NCBI GenBank assembly: GCA_041665065.1
Contig: JBAYJM010000003.1
Span: 5,183 to 69,182, forward strand
Direction: 5' to 3'
Source: Candidatus Buchananbacteria bacterium
GTDB lineage: Bacteria > Patescibacteriota > Patescibacteriia > 2-01-FULL-39-33
DNA: 64,000 bases
Position numbers and translations under genes: made by a program. The notes beneath the pieces were generated by a model, which worked only from the letters and a program-made list of their open reading frames with translations, was not told where the DNA came from and did not search any database. Numbering within the stretch: the first letter of the stretch is position 1; each line of letters starts with the position of its first letter. Shown in pieces: positions 29,370 through 38,588 of the stretch.

Positions 29370-29981
29370 TTACATTCCTCCACCAAATAACTTATCTAAA
29401 ATAATCAAGTTTCCAAGATTGCCAGTACCCAATCCACTGTTGCCTAAAAGATTACTATTTCCGCCAAATACAGAATTAAGAATTAATAAATTGCCCAGTG
29501 AATTATTGCCAGTTGTTCCAGTGGTTCCAGTACCAAATAGATTTAACCCGGTATCACCGCCAAAGAGCTCATTTAACAAGAACAAATTGCCCAAGTTATT
29601 GCTGCCGTCAGTACTACCTAAAATTCCCGTCCCTAATGTATTATTACCGCCGAAAATAGAATCCAGGATTAATAGATTGCCCAAGGAGCTGTTACCAAGT
29701 ATACTTCCATTGCTAGCAGTGCTTGCCGTAGTGGCTGCGACTGTTCTAACGACGGTATTTGCCGCCTGAGTGGATCTTGGCTTACCAAAAAGATCATCGC
29801 TACCAGAAAACTTAATAACATCGGTATACTGGGATATTTTGCTTGGTCCGGATATTTTTTCATATCCAATTGGTGCAGTCGGTGTTTGTGCCATGGCAGT
29901 CATTGGAGAAATCACACCAACAACCCCCAAAGCCACTACCATGGTGACGGTAGCCAAAGCCAACTTTTTAAATAAAGACAT
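29370..29981 (-). CDS. Secreted Gly/Asn-rich repeat protein
   Basis: Clear Sec signal peptide with an AMA cleavage site. Four or more degenerate repeats of about 22 aa, each containing LGNL(L/F)(I/L)L..(I/L/V)FGG. The plus-strand ORF 29350..29769 is the proline-rich antisense frame of this gene. Confidence 0.55.
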   Translation of the reverse strand: MSLFKKLALATVTMVVALGVVGVISPMTAMAQTPTAPIGYEKISGPSKISQYTDVIKFSGSDDLFGKPRSTQAANTVVRTVAATTASTASNGSILGNSSLGNLLILDSIFGGNNTLGTGILGSTDGSNNLGNLFLLNELFGGDTGLNLFGTGTTGTTGNNSLGNLLILNSVFGGNSNLLGNSGLGTGNLGNLIILDKLFGGGM

Positions 29982-30179
29982 ATATTTATATATTAAAAAA
30001 TTAATAAATTTTTTTTCGACCTTTTGGAATTAAGGATCACTTATTTTGTTTATATAGCTTCTTGATCCTTGCGATAAATTAGACGCCAGTATTTTTTTAT
30101 TATGACTAAAAAATCGACTTCATGTAAGATAAATGAAGCCGATTCATATTTAATTGTTTTTGTCTATTTACTAATATGC

Positions 30180-30758
30180 CTATTTACCAATAAGTACGGC
30201 GTCAATGCCCTGTATCACTCCATTAGATGCTATGAGATCTGGGGCTATAATTTTAGCCCCATTTATAGTAATGACATTATCAGTACCTCCTATCGAAACC
30301 GTCGTATTATTTATACTCTCGAATGAATCACCAGCCCGTAGACTATCCTTTAGACGGGCTCCACTTACAATGTGGTTTTGCAAAACCTTAACTAAAAACT
30401 GCCTATCATTTACTAGCCTCTGTGCGGTTTTTTGATCAATTTTTCCAAACGCCTTATCGGTTGGCATAAAGATGGTATATGGTCCACCCACATTGAATGA
30501 CCCGTCTAGCCCAGACTGCAACATAGCAACAAAAAAAGTATTAAAATTACCCGTCGCACGTGCCAAAGACACAATATCCATGAGCTCGATATTATTGTTC
30601 TGGCTTGTAGATGATGTGGCGTCGATTTGCAAATTGTTATTAGTTGTTTGAGACAATTGTTTAAAATTATTTTCTTTTTGGCCATTTGGATAAAAAATAC
30701 CCAAACTGACAACCACAACAACTATAATTATTCCCAAAATTAAAATCATCGCCCTCAT
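30180..30758 (-). CDS. Membrane-anchored fasciclin (FAS1) domain protein
   Basis: N-terminal TM. FAS1-like motifs TIFMPTDKAF and NHIVSG. Confidence 0.65.
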   Translation of the reverse strand: MRAMILILGIIIVVVVVSLGIFYPNGQKENNFKQLSQTTNNNLQIDATSSTSQNNNIELMDIVSLARATGNFNTFFVAMLQSGLDGSFNVGGPYTIFMPTDKAFGKIDQKTAQRLVNDRQFLVKVLQNHIVSGARLKDSLRAGDSFESINNTTVSIGGTDNVITINGAKIIAPDLIASNGVIQGIDAVLIGK

Positions 30759-30845
30759 AATGATTTATTTTATTTATAACTTTCAATAACATAGCTAAAA
30801 CAAGTTAAAACCCTATTAAAGATGAAGTGGACAATTTTTTTACCC

Positions 30846-30960
30846 AAACAAAAAGGCACTCGCCTACTCGTTTGTGCCCCCTTGCACGACGCCAAAGCGT
30901 CGCCCATTTCACCTCACCCCCTTGGCAGAACCAGCCCTGCCAATGTCAGATATTGGTATT
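30846..30960 (-). ncRNA. GC-rich structured RNA element ending in an intrinsic terminator. It could be a riboswitch or attenuator leader of the fasciclin gene, or a small RNA.
   Basis: About 60% GC island inside a roughly 30% GC intergenic region. Minus-strand hairpins GGCAGggcugguuCUGCC and GGGCGACGCuuugGCGUCG. Duplicated CAAGGGGG boxes. Terminator GGCACaaacgaguaggcgaGUGCC followed by UUUUUGUUU. No coding potential. Confidence 0.45.
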
Positions 30961-31045
30961 ACATTTACGTCGTTTTTTAATCAAAATCTACTAAAAGAAC
31001 TAGTTAAAGCTATTATATACTAATAATCATTAAAGCATCATTAAT

Positions 31046-31420
31046 TTAAACCGAGGTGGCGTTAATTAATACGCTTATAACAAAGGAAACAATTGCATAA
31101 GATGATAAAACAAGTATTAACCCAATAATCGCATTAAATAAAGCACTTCTGGCCTTTTTTATTTTTTCTTCATCTCCACCTGCGACCATCCACCTAAAAC
31201 CGCTTAAAATTATCAGCAATACGGCAATTAATACGATCAAACTTAGAAATATCCTAACCAGTCTTGATATGAAAGTTATCAAATCAACATTTGGCAATCC
31301 AAAAGTCCCCGCTTCTAGTAAGCCAACATTTACCGCAGACTGCCCAAACGTTAATGAAGGACAGAAAAAAAGTAAAATTAAAATACTAACTACAATATGG
31401 TTGAAATAATTTTTTTTCAT
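31046..31420 (-). CDS. Small secreted two-TM protein with VirB2/TrbC-pilin-like architecture (tentative)
   Basis: Signal peptide MKKNYFNHIVVSILILLFFCPSLTFG followed by two hydrophobic helices about 30 aa apart. The start is set at the internal Met. An alternative start at 31474 would add 18 aa. Confidence 0.4.
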   Translation of the reverse strand: MKKNYFNHIVVSILILLFFCPSLTFGQSAVNVGLLEAGTFGLPNVDLITFISRLVRIFLSLIVLIAVLLIILSGFRWMVAGGDEEKIKKARSALFNAIIGLILVLSSYAIVSFVISVLINATSV

Positions 31421-31641
31421 AAGTTTTTGCCTAATAACACTTAACGCTGGCTCACCATCAAAATGACTAAACAAAAAAAACGCCTTCTGCCAAAGGTGTT
31501 TTTATTGCGATTTTTATCTTTTAATAACTTAATTTATAAAAAATTAAGTATAATAATTTTAATCCTGCTCGTCTATTATATATCAACTGAAAATAATTAA
31601 AAAATTAAATAGAAATTATTGTTCAGATAATTTATAACCGT

Positions 31642-32430
31642 ATGTCAAAAGCAGCATTTTTTGTTTTATTAATCACCTCAATTATTTTTCTTTTCTACGG
31701 CATACACTTGAGCATAGCCAAACAGAATGAAAATGGCGCCCTGCTCTATCCTCTATATGCCAATGATTTCAAAGCCATAAAAACAGATGTTGTTCAAAAA
31801 ATAGCTAGCATCCCAAAGAATACAAATATTAACGACAAGACAAAACTGATTATACATGACGTAGGATTTATCTCTCAAGCCCCCAGGGGTAATTGGAGCG
31901 ATGCGAGATTGCAGGATGGCTGCGAAGAAGCATCATCGTTAATGGCTTTTAATTGGGCCACAAAACAAAATAACCTAAGTGCGATTAAGGCGGAAGAGAA
32001 AATAGTCAGCATATCAAACTGGGAGAAACAAAAGATTGGCATTTTTAAAGATACCTCGGTACAAGATACTGCCGACAAAATATTGAGCGATAATCTAGGA
32101 TTTAATAATTACGAAGTTAAAAAAGATATTTCCATCAATGATATAAAAAATGAAATTTACAATGGAAATATAATTATAATTCCAGCCGATGGCAGAAAGC
32201 TAAATAACCCAAACTTTCGTCCTCCGGGGCCACTACATCACATGTTGCTGATTATTGGCTATGATCCAGGTAAAAAGGAATTTATTACAAACGATCCCGG
32301 AACAAGACTGGGAGAAAAATATCGCTATAGTGAAAAAATTATAGATAATGCCCTAAGAGACTATCCGACGGGAAACCACCTTAAAACAAACGAGATTAAA
32401 AAAAATATTATTGTTGTAAAACAGCTATAG
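31642..32430 (+). CDS. Membrane-anchored C39-like papain-fold peptidase domain protein, paralog of 11243..12061
   Basis: N-terminal TM. Shared motifs DGCEEASSLMAF (candidate catalytic Cys), NPNFRPPGPLHHMLLIIGYD (His) and ITNDPGTR (Asp). Confidence 0.5.
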   Translation: MSKAAFFVLLITSIIFLFYGIHLSIAKQNENGALLYPLYANDFKAIKTDVVQKIASIPKNTNINDKTKLIIHDVGFISQAPRGNWSDARLQDGCEEASSLMAFNWATKQNNLSAIKAEEKIVSISNWEKQKIGIFKDTSVQDTADKILSDNLGFNNYEVKKDISINDIKNEIYNGNIIIIPADGRKLNNPNFRPPGPLHHMLLIIGYDPGKKEFITNDPGTRLGEKYRYSEKIIDNALRDYPTGNHLKTNEIKKNIIVVKQL

Positions 32431-32505
32431 GACTGCTCATAACCATGGTGAAAGGTGAAAAAACATTTTTACAGAGTGGCCAAACCGCTACTGAACTGCT
32501 ACGAA

Positions 32506-35500
32506 TTATAATTTTTCCTTAGGATTAATTACTGTAGCAAAAATAATTGGAACTATAAATAATGTTAAAAATGAAGAGATGGTTAGTCCAAAAATAACTG
32601 CGCTTCCAAGTGATTTCCAAACATCATTAGATAATGTTATAGGAATCAAGCCCAAAATCGTACAGATTGAAGTAATAAATATAGCCTCTAGCCTTGATTT
32701 TCCTGCATCAACAATTGATTCAGTAAATTCTATATCGTGCTTTAAATTTAAATTTATTTTATCAATTAGAATAATAGCATTTTTTACCACAATTCCAAAC
32801 AAAGCCAACACACCAATAAGCCCCGGAAAACTCAAAGTAATCCTTGATATAGCAAGTCCGAAGAATACGCCGATAAGCGCTAATGGGATTGTCATCAAAA
32901 CAATAAATGATTTCTTAAATGAATTAAACTGAATAACTAATGTTGAGATAATTAACACAAAAGCAATTATCATGGCGTACAAAATGGAAGTGACTGATTC
33001 CGTATTCTGTTCATTTTCACCGCCATAAACAATACTATAACCGCTTGGCAATTTATAATTTTTAGCAACTAAATCCTGGAATTTCTTTACTACATCATTT
33101 GGCCTTGTCTTGCCTTCAACTCCCGCAGATAAGAGAACTGCTGATTTTTGATCAATACGAGTTAAAGAATTTACTGAAGGCGTCAACTTGATGGTTGCAA
33201 CATCTTTTAAAAATACTGGCTGTTTTCGGTTATTTATAATTTGTAAGTTTTCAATTGCTTCAAGATTGGGAATTTTATTTTCATCAAAAGTTGCGTTTAC
33301 ATCAATTTCTTTTCCATCCCTGATAACTGTAGTAATTTTTGTGCCGGCAATTGCCATTCTCATAACACCACCAACTGATGCGGAGTTTAAATTATAAAAT
33401 TCCATTTTAATCGGATCAAGAAAAAAAGTATATTCTGCTGGCGCTTCCTTAAGAGATACTTCAGAATCAACTACGCCGGGTATTGAGTCCAAATACGGCT
33501 TTAAATCATTAGCAATCTTATCAATAGTTTGTAAATCCTTGCCATATACTCTGGCTTCAAATGCCGCTCCAGCTGGCGGACCGGAAGAAGGATTTGCCAA
33601 GGTAATAGTTGCGCCTTTTATATCCTTGATATCGTCTCTTATTGCATTTGCCAATTCAAAAGATTTGAGTTTCCTATCTTTTTTATCTTTTAAATTTATT
33701 GTAATGGAAGCAACATGAGATGACTGCGAAGATCCGCCACTGAGAAATGAACTTCCTCCACCGCTACCAACAACCGTATCGAAACTCACTATCTCGGGAT
33801 ATTTCAAAAGCTTTTCTTCAACTTTTATAACGATGGAGTTTGTAACATTAACATTGGTTCCAATCGGTGCTTCAATACCTAAGCTAAGCGTAGTTTGATC
33901 AGAAACAGGAAAAAATTCGGTTGCCACAATTCCTGTTGCAAGCAATGCCGAACCGGCGATAAATAATGCAAAAGCGATTCCAATTACCGTAAACCTTATT
34001 TTTTTTGTTGACAATAGCTTCCTTAAAGTCCTCTCATACCATGGCAGAATTAATTCCATACTGATAAAGCCATTCATAACTCTTCCCCAAATAGTCTTAT
34101 GCTCCGTATGTGATTTTGTATTTAACTTTTCTTTAATTAAATCGTCATTTTCTGATTCAAGCTCAATGAGTTTTTTATTTTCTTCAAATTTTGATTTTAA
34201 ATTTTTCTTCTTGTAAAAAAATACCATAAAAATCACCAAGCCAACCAAAACGATTCCAGCAATAATTCCAATTGGATTTTTTGTTGATAATGCAAATATA
34301 GCAATGGCAATCAAAACACCGATTGCAACAAAATATGATTTTTTTGTAATTCTTGATCTTTCAAGCGTTGCCGCCAATGGAGGATTTATGACTAAGGCAA
34401 CTATAAGCGAGGTTATAAGTGTTACTGATACCGTAATTGGGATTGATTTTATAAATTCACCAATAATTCCGGTTGAAAGAAGCAGGGGCAAGAATGCCCA
34501 AACCGTGGCTAAAGTAGTTGTCAGTAACACGCCTTTATAGTCTCTTAAGACCAGCAACACAGCCTCCTCAGGAGTAAATTTGCCAGTCTTCATATATTGT
34601 TTTGTTGCCGTCACAACCACAATCGCATCATCAACAAGCAACCCCAAAGCCAGCAACAATGAAAAAATAGAAAGAAAATTCAAGCTAATTCCAGATGCAA
34701 GCATAGTTCCAAAAGTAATAAAGAAAACAAGCGGAACGGCAAGACCAGCCACAAAAGCTTCCTTCAACCCGACGATTAAAAGTAAAACACCAAAAACCAA
34801 AATTATTGTAAGAATAAAATCATGCGTCAATTGCTCAAAGTTGTCATTTATATCTTTGGAAGCGTCAACAATTGTAGTTGTTTTTATATCAGGATATTGC
34901 TTAAGCTGTTCTTCCAAGGTTTTTTTGCCCGACTCAACTGTCTGAGGAATTGATTGTCCAACTTTTTTAATAATACTTAAAGTTACTGCTTGTTCAGGCG
35001 CTTGACCATTTGCTGATAACCTTGAAAAGACAGTTTTTTTAATTGCCTTTTCCTGGACTCTGGCAATATCTTTTAGATATACGATTCCGCCATTATCAGT
35101 ATGTAAAATAGGAATATTCCCAAGAGCCTCGGCGTCAAAAAATCGCGAATCCGTCCTGATTGAATAATTGAATTCACTACCTTCAAAGGTTCCGGCTGGG
35201 ACTGCTAAATTTGTGGCTCTAACTAATTGATTGGCAGAGTCAGTTGAAAGTGAAAACTGAACAAGCTTGTCGGGATCATAGGCAATCTGAAATTCCTTTT
35301 CATCGCCTCCGGAAACCTGGACTTCTCTAACGCCAGGGATTTTTTCTAATTCATCCTTGATATCATCACCAATTCCCCTAAGAGTAAATCCGTCGTATGG
35401 ACCGGTTATGGTAAACGTCCATATTGGTGAATCATCCAAAGAAATTTCTGTAACAACAGCATCATTAGCATCTTGAGGCAGATTGTTTTGTATTGAATTC

Positions 35501-35943
35501 ACTTGGTCTTTCAAACGCCTTATGGCATCATCAACGTTTTCATTTGCATCAAATTCAACCGTAATGGCGCTTAGAGAATTGGCAGAATTTGAAGTGATTT
35601 TTTTTATTCCCTTGACTCCGGAAATTCCTGTTTCAATTTTTTTTGTTACAAGCTCTTCCATGTCTGCCGGTGAAACTCCCGGATAAACATCTGTCACAAT
35701 AGCAATTGGAATTTTTACTTCGGGATTTGATTCTCTTGGTAAATTTACAAAAGAATAAATGCCCCAGGCGGAAATTAGCAGCAAAAGCAAAAAAACCACC
35801 TTTATATTTTTAACAAAGAAATATAAAAATCCTTTTTTAAGTGACTTATCAAAAGTCAGATTTTCTAAGTATTTATAATCACTAGATTTTTCTTCACCCG
35901 ATAAATTGGCGGGTTCCGCTATTAATTTGATTTCTTCTGGCAT
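32506..35943 (-). CDS. RND-superfamily efflux transporter permease (AcrB-like)
   Basis: 1145 aa. Twelve predicted TM segments in two bundles, each preceded by a large extracytoplasmic loop. Follows the MFP and TetR genes. Confidence 0.8.
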   Translation of the reverse strand: MPEEIKLIAEPANLSGEEKSSDYKYLENLTFDKSLKKGFLYFFVKNIKVVFLLLLLISAWGIYSFVNLPRESNPEVKIPIAIVTDVYPGVSPADMEELVTKKIETGISGVKGIKKITSNSANSLSAITVEFDANENVDDAIRRLKDQVNSIQNNLPQDANDAVVTEISLDDSPIWTFTITGPYDGFTLRGIGDDIKDELEKIPGVREVQVSGGDEKEFQIAYDPDKLVQFSLSTDSANQLVRATNLAVPAGTFEGSEFNYSIRTDSRFFDAEALGNIPILHTDNGGIVYLKDIARVQEKAIKKTVFSRLSANGQAPEQAVTLSIIKKVGQSIPQTVESGKKTLEEQLKQYPDIKTTTIVDASKDINDNFEQLTHDFILTIILVFGVLLLIVGLKEAFVAGLAVPLVFFITFGTMLASGISLNFLSIFSLLLALGLLVDDAIVVVTATKQYMKTGKFTPEEAVLLVLRDYKGVLLTTTLATVWAFLPLLLSTGIIGEFIKSIPITVSVTLITSLIVALVINPPLAATLERSRITKKSYFVAIGVLIAIAIFALSTKNPIGIIAGIVLVGLVIFMVFFYKKKNLKSKFEENKKLIELESENDDLIKEKLNTKSHTEHKTIWGRVMNGFISMELILPWYERTLRKLLSTKKIRFTVIGIAFALFIAGSALLATGIVATEFFPVSDQTTLSLGIEAPIGTNVNVTNSIVIKVEEKLLKYPEIVSFDTVVGSGGGSSFLSGGSSQSSHVASITINLKDKKDRKLKSFELANAIRDDIKDIKGATITLANPSSGPPAGAAFEARVYGKDLQTIDKIANDLKPYLDSIPGVVDSEVSLKEAPAEYTFFLDPIKMEFYNLNSASVGGVMRMAIAGTKITTVIRDGKEIDVNATFDENKIPNLEAIENLQIINNRKQPVFLKDVATIKLTPSVNSLTRIDQKSAVLLSAGVEGKTRPNDVVKKFQDLVAKNYKLPSGYSIVYGGENEQNTESVTSILYAMIIAFVLIISTLVIQFNSFKKSFIVLMTIPLALIGVFFGLAISRITLSFPGLIGVLALFGIVVKNAIILIDKINLNLKHDIEFTESIVDAGKSRLEAIFITSICTILGLIPITLSNDVWKSLGSAVIFGLTISSFLTLFIVPIIFATVINPKEKL

Positions 35944-35944
35944 A

Positions 35945-37738
35945 TCATTTACTTTGATTTATTTCGGTACTTGTTACTATCCTAACTTCATCACCCTCTT
36001 TGACCAATCTATTGCCTGAAATAATTATTTTAGTATCCAGCGGGAGTGTTGTACTTGCATTAACATTAATTTGAGCATTTTCACCATCCACACCCAACAC
36101 ATTAACAATTTTCTTTTTAGCCCTGCCATTATCATACAAAAATATATAGCTTTCATTTTGTCCCACATTAACTGCGGTTATTGGTATAAATATTGCTCCC
36201 GGCTTATCTGAAACTCTTGTTATTTCAAAAGAAATGGATACTATAATCCCCGGATTGGGCAGATTGGGAACAGACTCGCTTTCAAAATCAGCTTCAACTA
36301 AAAATCTTTTAGTTGTGGCGTCTGCTGATGGAGAGATACTTATAATTATTCCTTTAAAAATATTTCCGTTATTGTCCGTAATGGTGGCGGGCATACCGAC
36401 CTGCAAAGAGTTTATATACGTTTGATCTACATAAGTTTGTATTTTTAACTTTGCCGTCTGACTCATGACTGCGACAACCTGCCCAGGAGAAACCGTATCA
36501 CCGGCTGAGATCATCTTTTGGGTTATTGTTCCAGAAATCGGAGCCTTGATTGTTAAATTATCAACCTGAATTCTGCTTAAATTCATCTGTCCGGCCAACA
36601 AATCAACTTGGCTTTGAGCACCATCAACCTGAGTTTTTCCGGCTGCCAAAACATTATTTAAATTTTGAGCCGCCGCATTTTCCTGTTGCTTTGCCAATTC
36701 ATATGCTTTCTGCAAACTGTCTATAGTTGAACTATTACTTAACTGGGTGTTTGATAAAGCCTGCTTAGCGCCATTAATTTGACCCAAAGCACCATTTATC
36801 TGATTTTGATAAGCAGACACCGCTGCTTGCAAACCCGATAATGATGAACCGCTCGCAGAACTCTGCGGCAAATCAGTTGAAGTAATTGTATTTTGCAATA
36901 ATACCTGAGTTGCATTTACCAACTGTTGGACTGATGTAGCCAAATCTTTTACCGCATCAACTTTATCGCCAACACTGGAAAAGGTTTTGCCTTGATATGA
37001 TTTCAATTTGTTATTAGCTGTCAAAAAGCTGCTCTTGGCATTAGATAATGATTCGCTGTTTAAAGCTCCTAAATTTTTCTCATAACTAACAGAGACCTCA
37101 TTGTTCTCATTAAAGCCAGTTATGTTATTTATGCCTACAACGATAGAAGAGCTTATTCCCGCAACACTATCGGCTGTAACATCAGCATTTGTGACAATAT
37201 CATCTTCTGATTGACTAGAAATATTTTTTCTATTTTCCAACGAAAGCCTTGCCTGTTCTGTGGCAATTTTAGACGTATCATAGGCTATTTGCGCCGATTT
37301 AAATGACTGTTCTGATGTATTGGCAATATTTTGTTTGGAAATAAGGGCATTGCCCAGTGCAGTTACTGTATTTTGATAATTCGCTTTTGCCGGATTTGCA
37401 TCTACGCTATCGATTCTTGCAAGCACCTGGTCAGAAAAAATTTTATCTCCCACCTTAAAATCCAATCCTGAAATATTTCCCGAACCTTTTGAAACTATTT
37501 TTACCTCTTGGTCAGAAACCACCAAGCCCGGATATCTAACTGTTTGTTTTAAAACTCCCCTATCGGCCATAGTTACAATACTTACCTCCTTAATGGCGAC
37601 AATGGTATCTTGACCTACACCCTGTTTATTATTTTTTAAAGCAAAAACAAAAATAACAATAATTAAAATAATAACTACTATTATTCCAACAAGGACTTTA
37701 AATTTGTGCTTTTTGATACTAACAGAAAATTTTGACAT
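35945..37738 (-). CDS. Efflux periplasmic adaptor (membrane fusion protein, HlyD/AcrA-like) with an unusually long coiled-coil
   Basis: N-terminal TM. Biotinyl/lipoyl-like hairpin halves. Coiled-coil of about 300 aa, rich in Ser/Asn/Gln. C-terminal beta-barrel. Stop is 2 nt before the RND start. Confidence 0.7.
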   Translation of the reverse strand: MSKFSVSIKKHKFKVLVGIIVVIILIIVIFVFALKNNKQGVGQDTIVAIKEVSIVTMADRGVLKQTVRYPGLVVSDQEVKIVSKGSGNISGLDFKVGDKIFSDQVLARIDSVDANPAKANYQNTVTALGNALISKQNIANTSEQSFKSAQIAYDTSKIATEQARLSLENRKNISSQSEDDIVTNADVTADSVAGISSSIVVGINNITGFNENNEVSVSYEKNLGALNSESLSNAKSSFLTANNKLKSYQGKTFSSVGDKVDAVKDLATSVQQLVNATQVLLQNTITSTDLPQSSASGSSLSGLQAAVSAYQNQINGALGQINGAKQALSNTQLSNSSTIDSLQKAYELAKQQENAAAQNLNNVLAAGKTQVDGAQSQVDLLAGQMNLSRIQVDNLTIKAPISGTITQKMISAGDTVSPGQVVAVMSQTAKLKIQTYVDQTYINSLQVGMPATITDNNGNIFKGIIISISPSADATTKRFLVEADFESESVPNLPNPGIIVSISFEITRVSDKPGAIFIPITAVNVGQNESYIFLYDNGRAKKKIVNVLGVDGENAQINVNASTTLPLDTKIIISGNRLVKEGDEVRIVTSTEINQSK

Positions 37739-37750
37739 AACAATTTGGAA

Positions 37751-38344
37751 TTAAATATTTTTTATATTATTTAAAATTAAATCTATATATTTATCTCTTG
37801 TTTCCGTTTTAGTAAAATCTACTCCCCAAAATTTATAGGCATATTGGCCAATAACCAATGGGTGCACAATTGAAGAAAATAACTGAAAAACCTTCATATT
37901 TATTATTTCCTGATCTTTAATGTCGGTTAATTCTCCAATAACCTTATTTAATTTTTGATAATTATCTTTCATAATCTGCATTAAAGCGGAGGGAAGGGCT
38001 TCATCTTTAATCATTTTTAAAACAGACCCCCTGAAAGCATCCGGACAACATAAATAATGATGGATAAATTCTTTTATAAATTTAATCAGCCGCTCCTGCG
38101 CCGATAATTTTTTATCCGATAACACAGCAAAAGATTTATCAAATTTTTCCATCAAGTAGCCGATCGCTTCATTAATGATGTTTTCCTTTGAGCCATAATG
38201 ATAGTTAATAGCCGCAACGTTGACATCTGCCAACTTCGCTATTTTTCTAATAGAAATACCAGCCAAACCTTCCGTTTTTATAATTTGGAGGGTAGCCTCG
38301 ATTATCCTTTCTTTGGCCTTTTTTTCTAATTTTATGTCTTTCAT
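37751..38344 (-). CDS. TetR/AcrR-family transcriptional repressor
   Basis: N-terminal HTH (IIEATLQIIKTEGLAGISIRKIAKLADVNVAAINYHYGSKENI). 197 aa. First gene of the efflux operon. Confidence 0.85.
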   Translation of the reverse strand: MKDIKLEKKAKERIIEATLQIIKTEGLAGISIRKIAKLADVNVAAINYHYGSKENIINEAIGYLMEKFDKSFAVLSDKKLSAQERLIKFIKEFIHHYLCCPDAFRGSVLKMIKDEALPSALMQIMKDNYQKLNKVIGELTDIKDQEIINMKVFQLFSSIVHPLVIGQYAYKFWGVDFTKTETRDKYIDLILNNIKNI

Positions 38345-38356
38345 TTGGACAATTTA

Positions 38357-38403
38357 AAACAATGTTTGAAATCACATTTTACCATTATTTTTGAATTTGT
38401 CAA
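38357..38403 (-). promoter_or_regulatory. Candidate promoter (TTGACA, 16 nt spacer, TAAAAT) and an 11-bp palindrome AAACAATGTTT that may be the TetR operator
   Basis: On the minus strand, -35 lies at 38398-38403 and -10 at 38376-38381. A perfect palindrome at 38357-38367 sits between -10 and the tetR ATG. Confidence 0.4.
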
Positions 38404-38544
38404 TAGACAGCCAATTAACCTAAATTGGCGCAAAACGATGAATAATCAAAATGGATTTAGACGAATAAAAGTTACCCAAATTTTGTGCCTACGAGTTGTC
38501 TAAAAAATTAATAAATTATTTTTTTACCTTATCCCAACACCAAC

Positions 38545-38577
38545 AAAAAACCGCTAAAATATTTTGGCGGTTTTTTG
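38545..38577. terminator. Bidirectional intrinsic terminator downstream of the VOC gene
   Basis: Sequence aaaaaACCGCtaaaatattttGGCGGTtttttt. Confidence 0.75.
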
Positions 38578-38588
38578 TTGGTGTTAAA

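Noticed and set aside
29350-29769. 139-aa plus-strand ORF rich in Pro/Leu/Val (MTFGYFDYIPPPNNLSK...)
   Set aside because: It is the antisense frame of the Gly/Asn-rich repeat gene. Its proline richness mirrors GGN/GTT codons on the other strand. The minus-strand ORF has a bona fide Sec signal peptide and a start next to a shared terminator.
30846-30960. Considered SRP (4.5S) RNA, RNase P RNA or tmRNA for the GC-rich element
   Set aside because: It lacks the SRP domain-IV GGAA tetraloop and AGCAG asymmetric loop. It is far too short for RNase P or tmRNA, with no tRNA-like acceptor or T-arm. It is retained only as an unclassified structured RNA.
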